Assembly: GCA_040755455.1 (NCBI GenBank)
Contig: JBFMAY010000004.1
Location: 60,586-124,585, forward strand
Source of the DNA: Thermodesulfobacteriota bacterium
GTDB lineage: Bacteria > Desulfobacterota > Desulfobulbia > Desulfobulbales > SURF-16
Direction: 5' to 3'
Length of the DNA: 64,000 bases
Shown: piece by piece, positions 30,740-41,303 of the stretch
Position numbering within the stretch: position 1 is the stretch's first letter
How the letters are laid out: every line of letters starts with the position of its first letter
Position numbers and translations under genes: made by a program
Notes under the pieces: generated by a model
Databases searched by the model: none
Told to the model about the DNA's origin: nothing
What the model saw: only the letters and a program-made list of their open reading frames with translations

Positions 30740-31494
30740 TGTCTTTTCTTCAGTCCCGCGCCATAGTCCTGAAAGTCACGGACTATGGCGAATCAGATAA
30801 AATTGTTACGTTTTATACGCAACATTTCGGCAAACTGAAGGCCATCGCCAAAGGTGCCAAACGAAGCAAAAAGCGGTTTGTCAACAAACTTGAATTCTTT
30901 TCGCTGCTTGACATCACGGTTGTCCCCGGCCGCCTCTCCACCCTGGCCCGTATCGACAATGCCAGTCTTGTCAATCCGTTCCCATCATTACGGGAAAATT
31001 ATCACCGCTACACTGCCGCCATGCTTGTTTGCGAATTAATGGACCAGTGGACAAGGGAAAATGACAGCGATGATCCGCTTTTTCAGCTGCTTTGTTGGTG
31101 TCTGCATGAGGTTTCAGGTAGCTGCAACATTTCTGAGACCGTTATTTTTTTTCAGATCAAGATGCTCGATATTCTCGGCATGGGACTTGTGCTGGAACGT
31201 TGTCTCGTCTGCGGCACCATGGACCAGACAGCCCTTCCCTATTATTTCAGCCCGGCGCAAAGTGGCATTGTCTGTTCGCGTTGCTGCCGGAAAAATGATG
31301 TCGGGCTGATTTCCTTATCAATGCCGGCTATCAAGAGCCTGCAGATGGCCAGGTCACTGCCCCTAACTAGGCTCCATTGTCTTAAAATCTCCAGAAAATC
31401 GCTTGCCGAAGCGGCTACGGTTCTCAAACTGTATTGCAATTTTCAACTGCAACGTGAAATCCATTCCTGGCAACAATTCGACCTGACATATTAG
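30739..31494 (+). CDS. recO: DNA repair protein RecO
   Basis: AIVLK..DYGESDKIV, AKGAKRSKKRF, CxxC...CxxC zinc site. Confidence 0.93.
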   Translation: MSFLQSRAIVLKVTDYGESDKIVTFYTQHFGKLKAIAKGAKRSKKRFVNKLEFFSLLDITVVPGRLSTLARIDNASLVNPFPSLRENYHRYTAAMLVCELMDQWTRENDSDDPLFQLLCWCLHEVSGSCNISETVIFFQIKMLDILGMGLVLERCLVCGTMDQTALPYYFSPAQSGIVCSRCCRKNDVGLISLSMPAIKSLQMARSLPLTRLHCLKISRKSLAEAATVLKLYCNFQLQREIHSWQQFDLTY

Positions 31495-31787
31495 AATCGC
31501 TGCAGCATAATCATTTTTGTCCGCCCTTTTATCCCGGTATTAATTCCCGCATGCCTTTCCTCGGTTGCCACCTTTCAAGACATACGCAACCAGCTAAATA
31601 TATCTATTGTTTTTTTTCTTAAAAACTCGTATCACCGCAATTTGTGCCTTGAGGATTGTTTTTTACTCATTTTCTCTATACAATCCAAGGTGGCGCAAAC
31701 AGTGAGAAATAGGGCCTGCTGTTCTGTCTGGCATCTCATCTTACCGATTCACCAGTGGTCATGAACAAATTACCCCGGAGGGAGTGA

Positions 31788-32039
31788 ATGAAAAAAGATT
31801 TGAAAATGTACTGGAAAAAAAATCTTTCACTGATGGTTGTCCTGCTTTCCATCTGGGCAATGGTCTCCTATGGGTTCGGTATCATATTTGTCGATCAGTT
31901 GAATGCCATAAAAATTGCCGGCTTTCCGCTTGGCTTCTGGTTTGCTCAGCAAGGTGCCATCTATATCTTTGTGGCCCTTATCTTCATTTATTGTCTGATC
32001 ATGAAGAAAGTTGACGAAGAATTCGACGTTCACGATTAA
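31788..32039 (+). CDS. Small two-TM partner of sodium:solute symporter (DUF4212-like)
   Basis: YWKKN, GFPLGFWFAQQGAI motif; directly upstream of the symporter gene. Confidence 0.85.
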   Translation: MKKDLKMYWKKNLSLMVVLLSIWAMVSYGFGIIFVDQLNAIKIAGFPLGFWFAQQGAIYIFVALIFIYCLIMKKVDEEFDVHD

Positions 32040-32194
32040 TGATTTCATCTGCGCCCAGGGCATTAAAACAAAAAATTCAGCCCGCCAAAACATGACATTC
32101 TTAGATGACAGCGGGGACCAGCTTGTGTTACAAGTCTGTCCCGTCACCCATTCATACTAAAAATTACGAGACAAATTCATAAAGGGAAAAGATA

Positions 32195-33970
32195 ATGTCA
32201 ACTCTGACATGGAGTTACATAATGGTTGGATCCACCTTCAGCCTTTATCTATGTATAGCTTGGCTTGCCAGGGTTAAAACAACCAGCGGGTTTTATGTTG
32301 CCGGTGGCGGTGTTTCACCTCTCGCCAACGGCATGGCCACAGCTGCTGACTGGTTGAGCGCCGCCTCTTTCGTTTCCATGGCCGGGATGATCTCATTTAT
32401 GGGTTACGCAGGTTCAGTTTATCTGCTCGGCTGGACCGGCGGCTATGTGCTGCTGGCGCTGCTGCTGGCGCCCTATCTGAGGAAATTCGGCAAATTCACC
32501 GTTCCGGACTTTATCGGTGACCGCTATTATTCCGACATTGCCCGTTTTGTCGCTCTTGTCTGTGGCATCTTTGTGTCATTTACCTATGTTGCCGGCCAGA
32601 TGCGCGGCGTCGGCATTGTTTTCAGCCGTTTTCTTGAAGTAGACGTTAACACCGGCGTTCTCATCGCCATGGCCATCGTCTTCTTCTATGCCTCACTGGG
32701 GGGCATGAAGGGTATTACCTATACCCAGGTGGCCCAGTATCTGGTGCTTATTGTTGCCTATCTTGTCCCTGCCTTTGCTATTTCATTAAAAATCACCGGG
32801 ACTTTCCTGCCGCAGATCGGCTTCGGCTCCACCATTGCTGAAGGCGCCGATGCCGGCAAGTATCTGCTGGATGTGCTCAACCACTTGAACACAGACCTGG
32901 GCTTTTCCGAATACACCAAGGCCTTTGACCAAGGCAGCAAGTCCATGCTGGACGTCTTCTGCATCACCATGGCGCTGATGGTTGGCACGGCAGGCCTGCC
33001 CCACGTCATCATCCGTTTCTACACGGTGGCCAGTGTCCATGCTGCCCGTCTCAGCGCCGGTTACGCTCTGATTTTTATCGCCATTCTCTATACCACCGCA
33101 CCGGCAATTGCTTCTTTTACCCGTTACAACATGATTAATTCCATCAGCGGCGTCGAATATTCCAAAGCCCCTTCCTGGTTTAAAAACTGGGAAAAAACAG
33201 GCCTTATTGCCTGGGCCGACAAAAACCAGAACGGTATTGTTGAATATTCCCCGGGTGACCCCTTTGCCGGAAAACCCACATTCACCGGAGAAAAAGGCTC
33301 CTACGGGCAGGAACTTCTTGCCAATAATCCCGCTGACAACAAGAACGAGCTTTACATTGACAATGACATCATGGTGCTGGCCAATCCGGAAATCGCCAAT
33401 CTCCCCCCCTGGGTTATCGCCCTCGTTGCTGCCGGTGCCCTTGCCGCTGCCCTTTCAACTGCTTCCGGACTGCTGTTGGTAATTTCCTCCTCCATCTCCC
33501 ATGATCTCTACTATCGTCTTATCAACCGCAACGCCTCTGAAAAACAGAGGCTAATGGTTGGCCGCATCATGATAGGAGTGGCCGTGTGCGTGTCAGGATA
33601 TTTCGGCATCAATCCTCCGGGCTTTGTGGCGCAGGTTGTCGCCTTTGCCTTCGGTCTTGCCGCTTCATCGTTCTTCCCAATTATCATTCTTGGCATTTTT
33701 GTTAAAAGGGCAAATCGCGAAGGGGCAATCTGCGGTATGATCGCGGGTCTCATCTTCACCAGCTCCTACATTGTCAATATCAAATTCATGGGCGGCACCC
33801 CCTGGTGCCTCGGCATCAGCGCTGAAGGTATCGGCACCGTTGGCATGCTCATCAATTTTGTCGTGACACTGCTTGTTTCCTTTTTCACCGCTCCTCCGCC
33901 TGCAGAGGTCCAAGAGATGGTGGAAAACATCCGTTTCCCCAGGGGAGTAGGCGCCAGCATTGATCACTAG
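32195..33970 (+). CDS. Sodium:solute symporter (ActP-related, probable carboxylate/acetate uptake)
   Basis: FYVAG, NGMATAADWLSAASF, KFTVPDFIGDRY, GTAGLPHV, ISHDLYY; many TM segments. Confidence 0.9.
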   Translation: MSTLTWSYIMVGSTFSLYLCIAWLARVKTTSGFYVAGGGVSPLANGMATAADWLSAASFVSMAGMISFMGYAGSVYLLGWTGGYVLLALLLAPYLRKFGKFTVPDFIGDRYYSDIARFVALVCGIFVSFTYVAGQMRGVGIVFSRFLEVDVNTGVLIAMAIVFFYASLGGMKGITYTQVAQYLVLIVAYLVPAFAISLKITGTFLPQIGFGSTIAEGADAGKYLLDVLNHLNTDLGFSEYTKAFDQGSKSMLDVFCITMALMVGTAGLPHVIIRFYTVASVHAARLSAGYALIFIAILYTTAPAIASFTRYNMINSISGVEYSKAPSWFKNWEKTGLIAWADKNQNGIVEYSPGDPFAGKPTFTGEKGSYGQELLANNPADNKNELYIDNDIMVLANPEIANLPPWVIALVAAGALAAALSTASGLLLVISSSISHDLYYRLINRNASEKQRLMVGRIMIGVAVCVSGYFGINPPGFVAQVVAFAFGLAASSFFPIIILGIFVKRANREGAICGMIAGLIFTSSYIVNIKFMGGTPWCLGISAEGIGTVGMLINFVVTLLVSFFTAPPPAEVQEMVENIRFPRGVGASIDH

Positions 33971-34222
33971 CGCTCTTATCCGAACAATAGCCGGTCTTTC
34001 CCGAAAAGAGTAAATCACCCTTGTATCCAGTTTTTTTCCATGTTAAACAGAGCGAATTAATAATTTTTGTCATTATGGAAATTCTATCTGCGCACGGTGC
34101 AGACGAAAAGCATCCCTTCGCCAGGCGAACCGGCTTCTGAATCGCTAAAAAACATTAATCCGTTTTCCGAGAAACCAACAAGCGAACACCAACTGCACCA
34201 CAACAGTATATGGAAATCGTCC

Positions 34223-37200
34223 ATGTCTGACTTTGATAATTCGTTATTTATTTTTCGTGATGAGGGCGGCAAACGCTGGCCGCGTCTACGACTTGTCCTG
34301 ATGCTCGCCAGTTTGCTTTTTTTCCTGGGTGCCGTGCTTTTTGTAAGGTTCCTCATCATAACGCCGCAACTGCAGTTGCCTGCCGCCGTCCAGCAGCTCC
34401 GTGCCCATTTACGCAGCGGGGTGCAGCAGGACAACCTGACCTCTCCTGCCGCCCCTGCGCCGCTTTGGCTGCGTTTCAGCAAAACCAAGGGGCTTTCCCC
34501 TGCTTCCTCGCCGTCCAAGAAACCTGCCGCCTTGGAGGTAATGGACACCGCCGCTGAGGTTAGGCTCGGTTTCTATGTCAGCTGGGATCCCGCCAGTTAC
34601 GAGTCTCTCCTGGCCCATGCCGGTCAACTGACCCATGTCAGTCCGGAATGGTTGACCCTTGTCGACGGCGAAGGGAACCTGCAGATGAAATCCGACCGGC
34701 AGGTGCTGGAGGTGGCCAAAGACAACGAAATCATCTTATTGCCGCTCCTGCGCAACCTGGTCGGCGACACCTGGCAGCCCGAGGCGGTCGAAGGCCTGAT
34801 CAATGGCCCGCAGGCGCGGCAGGATCGCTTTATCGCCCGTTTACTTGACCATCTCCTGGAGGCGGAGGCAGGCGGCGTGCTCATTGACTGGAACCAGATC
34901 GACCCGGCCTACCAGCAGTCTCTCACGCTGCTGCTCAGCCGTCTGGCTGATGCCCTCCACGGACAGGAAATGCAGCTCTGGCTGTGCATCCCCGTGGGGC
35001 TTGAACTGAAAGCCTTTGACCTTGAGACCCTCGCCACCGTCGTCGATCGTTTTGTGGCTGTGCTCCATGATGAAAACTCCGAAGTTGATCTTCCCGGCCC
35101 TATCGCCTCCCAGCCCTGGTTTGACGGCTGGCTGCAGACCCTTCTCGCTTACGGCAAGCCTTCCCAGTGGGTGATCGCCCTCGGCGCCTACGGATACGAC
35201 TGGGCGCAGGGACAAATACAGGCACAGACCATAGGCTTTGCCGATATCATGACCAGGGCAGGCCGGGCCGGTTTGCATGACTGCCGCTCCAGGCAGCCAT
35301 TGTACAATCCCCATTTCTCCTATATGGATAATGACACGGAACACACGGTCTGGTTTCTCGATGGCGTCACATTTTTCAATCAGGTCTGTTCCGCCCGCCG
35401 GCTGCATGCCGGGGGGATTGCTGTGTCCCGGCTGGGGAGCGAAGATCCTGCCATCTGGCAGGTCCTGCCCCTGGCCCGTCCCGTTCCCTTACTGTCCGCC
35501 GCCCTTGACTTTCTTCGTCCCCTGGTTCCGGAAAACTCAGTATCCCAACTGGGCAGCGGCAACTATCTGATGATCGAGGACAACCGGGCCAACGGCTACC
35601 GGGAGATAGCTGTGGATGCGGACGGCAAACTCACCCTCACCTATACGGCTTTCCCGTCCTACACCACCATCAGTCATCAGGGACAAGGGCAGCCCGAGGA
35701 CGTGGCGATTTCCTTTGATGACGGGCCGGACCCGGAGTGGACCCCGGCCATTCTCGATATCCTCCGGGACAGAGGGGTCAAGGCCTCTTTTTTCATGGTG
35801 GGCGAACGCATGGAGAAAAATCCTGAACTTGTCGAGCGCATTGTCCGGGATGGACATGAAATCGGCGTGCATACTTACACCCATCCAAATCTGGCGGAGG
35901 TCTCCGACGAACGTGCCCGGCTTGAGCTAAATGCCACTCAGCGTCTCATTGAAACGATCACCGGCCGCTCGACCTTCCTGTTCAGGCCGCCATACAACGC
36001 GGATTCCCAGCCACATTCCCCGGCGGAACTGGTGCCGATTCAAATTGCCCAGGGACTCGGCTATCTGACGGTATCCAGTGATATAGATCCGGAAGACTGG
36101 TCGCGACCGGGAGTGGATGCCATTGTTCAGCGGGTGAAGGAGCAGCGTCTCCAGGGCAATGTCATTCTGCTGCACGATGCCGGCGGTAACCGCAGCCAGA
36201 CCATCGCCGCCCTGCCGTTGATCATCGATTATCTGCAAGTCCGCGGAGACCGCCTCGTTCCCCTGGGTCAGTTACTGGGAGAATCCACCGCATCGCTCAT
36301 GCCGCCGCTGCCGGAAAATCATCAGTCGCTGCTGCGCATGATCGGCGACAGCGGCTTCCGGCTCATGCATGTGGTTGGCCAACTCGGCTGGGCCTTCATG
36401 ATCGTTGCCACCATTCTGATTACCCTGCGCACCCTGATTGTGGCTGTTCTTGCCCAAAGCCACAGGCATCGCCCCGTCTCTTCCCCGGCTGTCTCGGCCC
36501 TTACTTCCCAGCCGCCGATCAGTATCGTCATAGCCGCCTATAATGAAGAAAAGGTAATCGGCCGCACCCTTGAAAGCCTGCTGTGCACCGACTACCTCGG
36601 GACCATCGACCTCATCGTGGTCGATGACGGTTCCACTGACCGGACAGCATCGCTGGTGGCGGAAGTCGCAGCCCAAGACAGCCGCCTCCGGCTGCTCCGG
36701 CAGAACAACCAGGGCAAGGCCCGCGCCCTGCGCGCCGGATTCCATACCGCTGCCCATGAGATCATTGTCACCCTCGATGCGGATACTCTTTTCCGACCCG
36801 ATACCATCATTCACCTGGTGGAATCCATGCAGGACGAGCGGATCGGCGCCGTATCAGGGCATGTCAAGGTCGGCAACAAACAGACTCTTGTCGCCCGTTT
36901 CCAGGATCTGGAATATACCTGCGGTTTTAATCTTGACAGACGGGCCTATCACCAGCTTAACTGTATCACGGTGGTGCCCGGCGCGGTAAGCGCCTGGCGC
37001 CGCACGGCTGTTATGGCCGCGGGCGGGATCAGCAGCGACACCCTGGCTGAAGATACCGACCTGACGCTGAGCCTGCACCGGGCCGGCTACCGGATCGCTT
37101 ATGCGCCACAGGCCGTGGCCTGGACCGAGGCGCCGGACAACTACTCCGCTCTGGCCCGACAACGGTTTCGCTGGGCCTTCGGCACCCTTCAGTGTCTCTG

Positions 37201-37600
37201 GAAACACAGGGATCTGGTCGGCAACCCGAAATACAAAGCCCTTGGCTGGTTCAGTCTGCCCTCCATATGGCTTTTCCAGATACTGCTGGTGGCTGTGAGC
37301 CCCGTAATCGATGGTCTCCTTGTTTTTTCCCTGTTTTTCGGTATGCAATTTTCCATCTTACTATATTTATGCGCTTTCCTCGCCATGGACCTGCTGCTCG
37401 CGGCATTGGCCTGCTGGATGGAGGGAGATTCTCTCAGGGCGGCCTGGCGCATTCTGCCGATGCGTTTTATTTACCGTCCGCTGCTGGCCTGGGTGATCTG
37501 GAAATCCATCATTCGGGCGGCCAAAGGTGCCCTAGTCGGCTGGGGCAAGCTGGAAAGGTCCGCGTCCATTACCATTAAAACGGAATCTTTAGTAAAGTGA
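34223..37600 (+). CDS. Multidomain GH18-like / polysaccharide deacetylase (CE4) / processive GT2 polysaccharide synthase
   Basis: GH18-like barrel region; CE4 motifs SFDDGP, HTYTH, FRPPY, LLHD; GT2 motifs DDGSTD, DAD, AED, QRFRW; C-terminal TM helices. ATG 34223 preferred. Confidence 0.88.
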   Translation: MSDFDNSLFIFRDEGGKRWPRLRLVLMLASLLFFLGAVLFVRFLIITPQLQLPAAVQQLRAHLRSGVQQDNLTSPAAPAPLWLRFSKTKGLSPASSPSKKPAALEVMDTAAEVRLGFYVSWDPASYESLLAHAGQLTHVSPEWLTLVDGEGNLQMKSDRQVLEVAKDNEIILLPLLRNLVGDTWQPEAVEGLINGPQARQDRFIARLLDHLLEAEAGGVLIDWNQIDPAYQQSLTLLLSRLADALHGQEMQLWLCIPVGLELKAFDLETLATVVDRFVAVLHDENSEVDLPGPIASQPWFDGWLQTLLAYGKPSQWVIALGAYGYDWAQGQIQAQTIGFADIMTRAGRAGLHDCRSRQPLYNPHFSYMDNDTEHTVWFLDGVTFFNQVCSARRLHAGGIAVSRLGSEDPAIWQVLPLARPVPLLSAALDFLRPLVPENSVSQLGSGNYLMIEDNRANGYREIAVDADGKLTLTYTAFPSYTTISHQGQGQPEDVAISFDDGPDPEWTPAILDILRDRGVKASFFMVGERMEKNPELVERIVRDGHEIGVHTYTHPNLAEVSDERARLELNATQRLIETITGRSTFLFRPPYNADSQPHSPAELVPIQIAQGLGYLTVSSDIDPEDWSRPGVDAIVQRVKEQRLQGNVILLHDAGGNRSQTIAALPLIIDYLQVRGDRLVPLGQLLGESTASLMPPLPENHQSLLRMIGDSGFRLMHVVGQLGWAFMIVATILITLRTLIVAVLAQSHRHRPVSSPAVSALTSQPPISIVIAAYNEEKVIGRTLESLLCTDYLGTIDLIVVDDGSTDRTASLVAEVAAQDSRLRLLRQNNQGKARALRAGFHTAAHEIIVTLDADTLFRPDTIIHLVESMQDERIGAVSGHVKVGNKQTLVARFQDLEYTCGFNLDRRAYHQLNCITVVPGAVSAWRRTAVMAAGGISSDTLAEDTDLTLSLHRAGYRIAYAPQAVAWTEAPDNYSALARQRFRWAFGTLQCLWKHRDLVGNPKYKALGWFSLPSIWLFQILLVAVSPVIDGLLVFSLFFGMQFSILLYLCAFLAMDLLLAALACWMEGDSLRAAWRILPMRFIYRPLLAWVIWKSIIRAAKGALVGWGKLERSASITIKTESLVK

Positions 37601-37647
37601 TCATGCAGATAGCTATAAGCAAATTAAGAGGAAGATATCGATTGGCG

Positions 37648-38760
37648 ATGAAAGGCCTTTCCGCTCCGTTAACACTCACGGCAACCTTACTGTTGCTGCT
37701 TCTGGCGGCCGGCTGCAACGATCGGCACCCCGTCAGCCAACCCGGCAAAATGGCAGCCGCCGGGGAAGGTGCGACCGTTACCTTTCCCGCCACCGGGGCG
37801 TATACCGGTGCCTATATCGACTTCGGGGAAGGCGAGGATGATGTGACGTTCGAGGCCATTGAAAAATTTACAACCATGGTCGGCAAACACCAAGCCATCA
37901 TTGCCTCCTCGAGTTATTGGGGGGAACAGATATTTCCCAAAAAAAATATGGAGCTCATCCATCGTTACGGTGCCATGCCGCTGATTTTCTGGTCACCATG
38001 GGATCGTCCCTATGAGGAAGGAAGGCCGCCTGACCGTTTCAGCCTGAACAACATTCTGGCCGGCAAATGGGACGGCTATATCGACCAATGGGCTGATGAA
38101 GCGCGAACTTTTGATAAACCGCTTCTGGTGGCCTGGGGCCTGGAAATGAATGGTCAATGGTTTCCCTGGTCAGGCGTGCATTACGGAGGTGGGCAGCCCC
38201 TCGCCACTGCCGACCAGCCCGCCAGGTATGCCGGACCTGAGCTTTTCAAACAGGCTTATCGCTATGTCGTCTCGCGGGTAAAAAACCGTGGGGCCACCAA
38301 AATTCTCTGGGTGTTTCATGGCAACAACTTTTCCGTTCCCGGCGATCCGTGGAATAGCCTTGCCCAGTACTATCCCGGCGCTGATGTGGTGGATATCCTG
38401 GCCCTGAGCGTCTATGGCAAGCTCTTTCCTTCTTTGCCGTGGATATCGTTTGAAGAAGCCATGGATAGCGGCTACCGGGAACTCTGCCGGCTTGATGCCG
38501 ACAAACCGGTTATCGTTGCAGAATGGGGAGTCGGGGAGTTTCCGAAATCAGGTGATAAGGCTGTCTGGATTGAGCAGGCTTTTGCCGCATACAAGACAAA
38601 GTATCCGCGGGTAAAGGCCGCGGTTTACTGGCATGAACGCTGGCAGAACAAAGATGAGACGTACAGCAACCTGAGGGTCAACTCATCTCCGGAGTCCCTG
38701 GCGGCCTACCGGCAAGCAGTAGCCGATCCTTACTGGCTGGACAGCTGGCAGCAGAGGTGA
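37648..38760 (+). CDS. GH26-family glycoside hydrolase lipoprotein
   Basis: Lipobox LAAGC; ILAGKWDGYI, EMNG acid/base, YYPGADVVD, AEWG nucleophile. Confidence 0.82.
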   Translation: MKGLSAPLTLTATLLLLLLAAGCNDRHPVSQPGKMAAAGEGATVTFPATGAYTGAYIDFGEGEDDVTFEAIEKFTTMVGKHQAIIASSSYWGEQIFPKKNMELIHRYGAMPLIFWSPWDRPYEEGRPPDRFSLNNILAGKWDGYIDQWADEARTFDKPLLVAWGLEMNGQWFPWSGVHYGGGQPLATADQPARYAGPELFKQAYRYVVSRVKNRGATKILWVFHGNNFSVPGDPWNSLAQYYPGADVVDILALSVYGKLFPSLPWISFEEAMDSGYRELCRLDADKPVIVAEWGVGEFPKSGDKAVWIEQAFAAYKTKYPRVKAAVYWHERWQNKDETYSNLRVNSSPESLAAYRQAVADPYWLDSWQQR

Positions 38761-38789
38761 ACCCCCTGATGAAGCGCACCAGGTATCGT

Positions 38790-38846
38790 TTAGGAGCCGT
38801 CACGAAATAACTTGTCTCTTTATAACTATTTCGTCACGGCTCCTTA
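38790..38846. mobile_element. 51-bp MITE-like element with 17-bp terminal inverted repeats and TTA flanking duplication
   Basis: GGAGCCGTCACGAAATA (38793-38809) and TATTTCGTCACGGCTCC (38827-38843), 16/17 complementary; TTA at 38790-38792 and 38844-38846. Confidence 0.55.
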
Positions 38847-38972
38847 TGCCGTTCTGGGGCATTTATATGCCCATGTTATTTATTTACAACGGTTTAGTCA
38901 TTTAGTTATGGCCCGAAGCTGACCTTTTGGGAGAAACATTATTGACTGCTGCAGGCTCGAAAACTCCGGCCG

Positions 38973-40424
38973 TCAAACCGCAACCTCGGCGGAAACGACT
39001 TCATCGCCTGACAATGGCAGCTGCTGTTCAGGTTTTATTTTTTCAGCGGCTTCCAATGCCGCTGTCTTTTGCCCAATGAGATCGGCCAGCTCGTCTATCA
39101 CCTCTTTCACCTCGCCCACCTGTTGATTGGTCACTTGGGCGGCTTCCGACAAATAGATCACCGTTTCCGCGTTTTCCTGGGTGACTCCGGTCATTTCAGC
39201 TACGGCCTTGTTGATATAATCGATTCCCTGGGCCTGTTCCTTGGAAGCAGTGGCAATATCACCCAGGAAGTTGCCAACCCGACCGGCGTTCTCCGTCACC
39301 TCAGAAAATGAATTTTCCGTATCTTTTACCAGGTGAGCCCCCTTTTTAATAAGATCCCCGGTGTTGGCGATGAGATCATTGGTGCTTCTGGCTGCCGTCG
39401 CTGACCGCAAGGCCAGATTGCGCACTTCATCAGCCACCACGGCAAAGCCGACTCCGGCCTGACCGGCCCTGGCCGCCTCAACCGCGGCATTCAGCGCCAG
39501 CAGATTGGTCTGGAAGGCAATTTCGTCAATTGTTTTGATAATTTTGGATGACTCCTCACTGGATTTGTAAATCTCTTCCATGGAGGCGGTCAATTCTGAC
39601 ATCATGCCGTTTGCCCGGCTGATCACCTGATTTGTTTCCTGCATGAGGTCGTTGGCTTTTCTTGAGTTGTCGGCATTCATCTCGATCATGGAGGAAATCT
39701 CATCAAGGGAGGATGAAGTTTCATGCAGGGATGAAGCCTGGTTCTGGGCACCATCCGCCAGGGATCTGCTAGCCGTCTCAACCTGTTCGCTTGTCACCGC
39801 TAGATGATCCCTGCTATGGTTTATCGCGATAATCGCCTTCCGGAGAGGATTGGTAAGTACTTTCCTGAAGGCGAGCAGCATGAGGGCGGTCAAAACAACA
39901 TTCAATATCACCACCGCACAGATGATATTAAGCGTCGATCTGTACAGTTTCTCTTTCATGAAAGAAGTAGAGAGAAAAACATCAATGATCCCCAATTTTT
40001 CTTCATCCTTGACCACTTCAGTACGTCGCGTCAGCAAATCCCCGCTGACTTGTCCGGCATAATCGATAAGCTTGCCCTCATTATCTCTCTGTTTTCCCAA
40101 AAACAGCGTTTTACCATCACTTTCCCAGACAATGACTGCATAGATCTGTTGCTCAAGCATTTCCACCGACATGACATCCTCAGCCTTTCCCTTATCAAGG
40201 TTCCACAGTGGATTTTTGAGGTTTTCGGCGAGACGCAGGGAAGTCATGTTGATACATTTTTCCAACCCGGCCTCCATATTGGCCTTGTTGATGAAATAAC
40301 TGATAACGGCAAAGGAGATAAGGGCAAGGGTCGTGGCCGCATTAATCAGGATAGCAAGCTTGGTCTGAACGCTTGCTACTCCAGACTTCTCCCGTTTTAT
40401 AAAACCCATAACTTTCTCCGGCAT
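38973..40424 (-). CDS. Methyl-accepting chemotaxis protein with small periplasmic domain
   Basis: Two TM segments; [20 protein letters not shown]...[10 protein letters not shown]. Confidence 0.92.
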   Translation of the reverse strand: MPEKVMGFIKREKSGVASVQTKLAILINAATTLALISFAVISYFINKANMEAGLEKCINMTSLRLAENLKNPLWNLDKGKAEDVMSVEMLEQQIYAVIVWESDGKTLFLGKQRDNEGKLIDYAGQVSGDLLTRRTEVVKDEEKLGIIDVFLSTSFMKEKLYRSTLNIICAVVILNVVLTALMLLAFRKVLTNPLRKAIIAINHSRDHLAVTSEQVETASRSLADGAQNQASSLHETSSSLDEISSMIEMNADNSRKANDLMQETNQVISRANGMMSELTASMEEIYKSSEESSKIIKTIDEIAFQTNLLALNAAVEAARAGQAGVGFAVVADEVRNLALRSATAARSTNDLIANTGDLIKKGAHLVKDTENSFSEVTENAGRVGNFLGDIATASKEQAQGIDYINKAVAEMTGVTQENAETVIYLSEAAQVTNQQVGEVKEVIDELADLIGQKTAALEAAEKIKPEQQLPLSGDEVVSAEVAV

Positions 40425-40580
40425 GCATGAATTAGCGAACAGATGCGAAATAAGTCGTTACGGCACATTGTATTCGTCATTCATTGCACTCGTTAATTAG
40501 GTATCATCTGATTGAAATTTTCTTACGCCGCGGCCTTTAACCTCATCCATCTGAAATAACCTGGCCTGCTTTCACCACAC

Positions 40581-41303
40581 TTACCAATTCCATTTTGTCA
40601 GCAGTTTCTGGATTTCACCGGAGGCCTTAAGCTTCGGGTAAGCCTCATCAAAAATGGCCTTCAGAGCCTTGCCCTTGTCATTATTCGGAAAGGCAAGATA
40701 AAGTCCCAGATCCATCACCGGTTCTTTCTGAAATTTATTCTTGTCGACTATGCCCAACTCCAGAACATGATCCAGGTCATCCTCATTTTCCAGGTAGAAA
40801 TCAACCCGGCCTTTATCCAATACCTGCAGGATATTTTCTCGGGTATCAAACTCCTTTTGTTCAACCGGAACCCCAAGGTATTGGGCAATTGAATAGCCTT
40901 TTACATACGCAACCGTTTTTCCCTTCAGAGATTCCTTGCCCTGCCAGTTGCTGGCGGTTCCTTTTTTAAACAAAGCAACGATCGAATCAGCATCAAAGGC
41001 ATCATTGGAATAGAGCATCCCTTTAATCTCATCCTTATACGAACCGACTACCGCATCAGCTTTGTTCGTGGTAACGAGGTTGATCGATCCTTCATAAGAA
41101 CGGATGATAAAATTTACTTTAACCCCGGCAGGTTCATACACCGCTCTGAAAATGTCCCAGTAGAGACCGGTTCCGTCCCTATTGGTGGCATCAGTCCATT
41201 CCTCGCTTGCAAACAAAATTTCTTTCGGAGTCTCAGCTGCGTGCGCACTGCAAGGTACCCACCCCAACAAGAACATTAGAACAAGGACTGCCACTCTTTT
41301 CAT
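40581..41303 (-). CDS. Periplasmic solute-binding protein (family 3-like), no ABC permease adjacent
   Basis: Signal peptide, GTGLYWDI, LKGKTVAYVKGY, LDKGRVD, SGEIQKLLTKW; AGGAGG SD. Confidence 0.82.
   Translation of the reverse strand: MKRVAVLVLMFLLGWVPCSAHAAETPKEILFASEEWTDATNRDGTGLYWDIFRAVYEPAGVKVNFIIRSYEGSINLVTTNKADAVVGSYKDEIKGMLYSNDAFDADSIVALFKKGTASNWQGKESLKGKTVAYVKGYSIAQYLGVPVEQKEFDTRENILQVLDKGRVDFYLENEDDLDHVLELGIVDKNKFQKEPVMDLGLYLAFPNNDKGKALKAIFDEAYPKLKASGEIQKLLTKWNW

Noticed and set aside
32100..32150. Imperfect hairpin between the DUF4212-like gene and the symporter
   Set aside because: Short, bulged, no U-tract and no match to an RNA family I recognise; not enough to call.
33190..33380. 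EF-hand-like DKNQNG loop inserted in the sodium:solute symporter
   Set aside because: As far as I recall this insertion is a normal feature of this symporter subfamily, so it is not novel.
38766..38810. CTGATGA…GAAA suggestive of a hammerhead ribozyme
   Set aside because: The bases after CUGAUGA do not pair with those before GAAA (no stem II), and no stems I/III were found.
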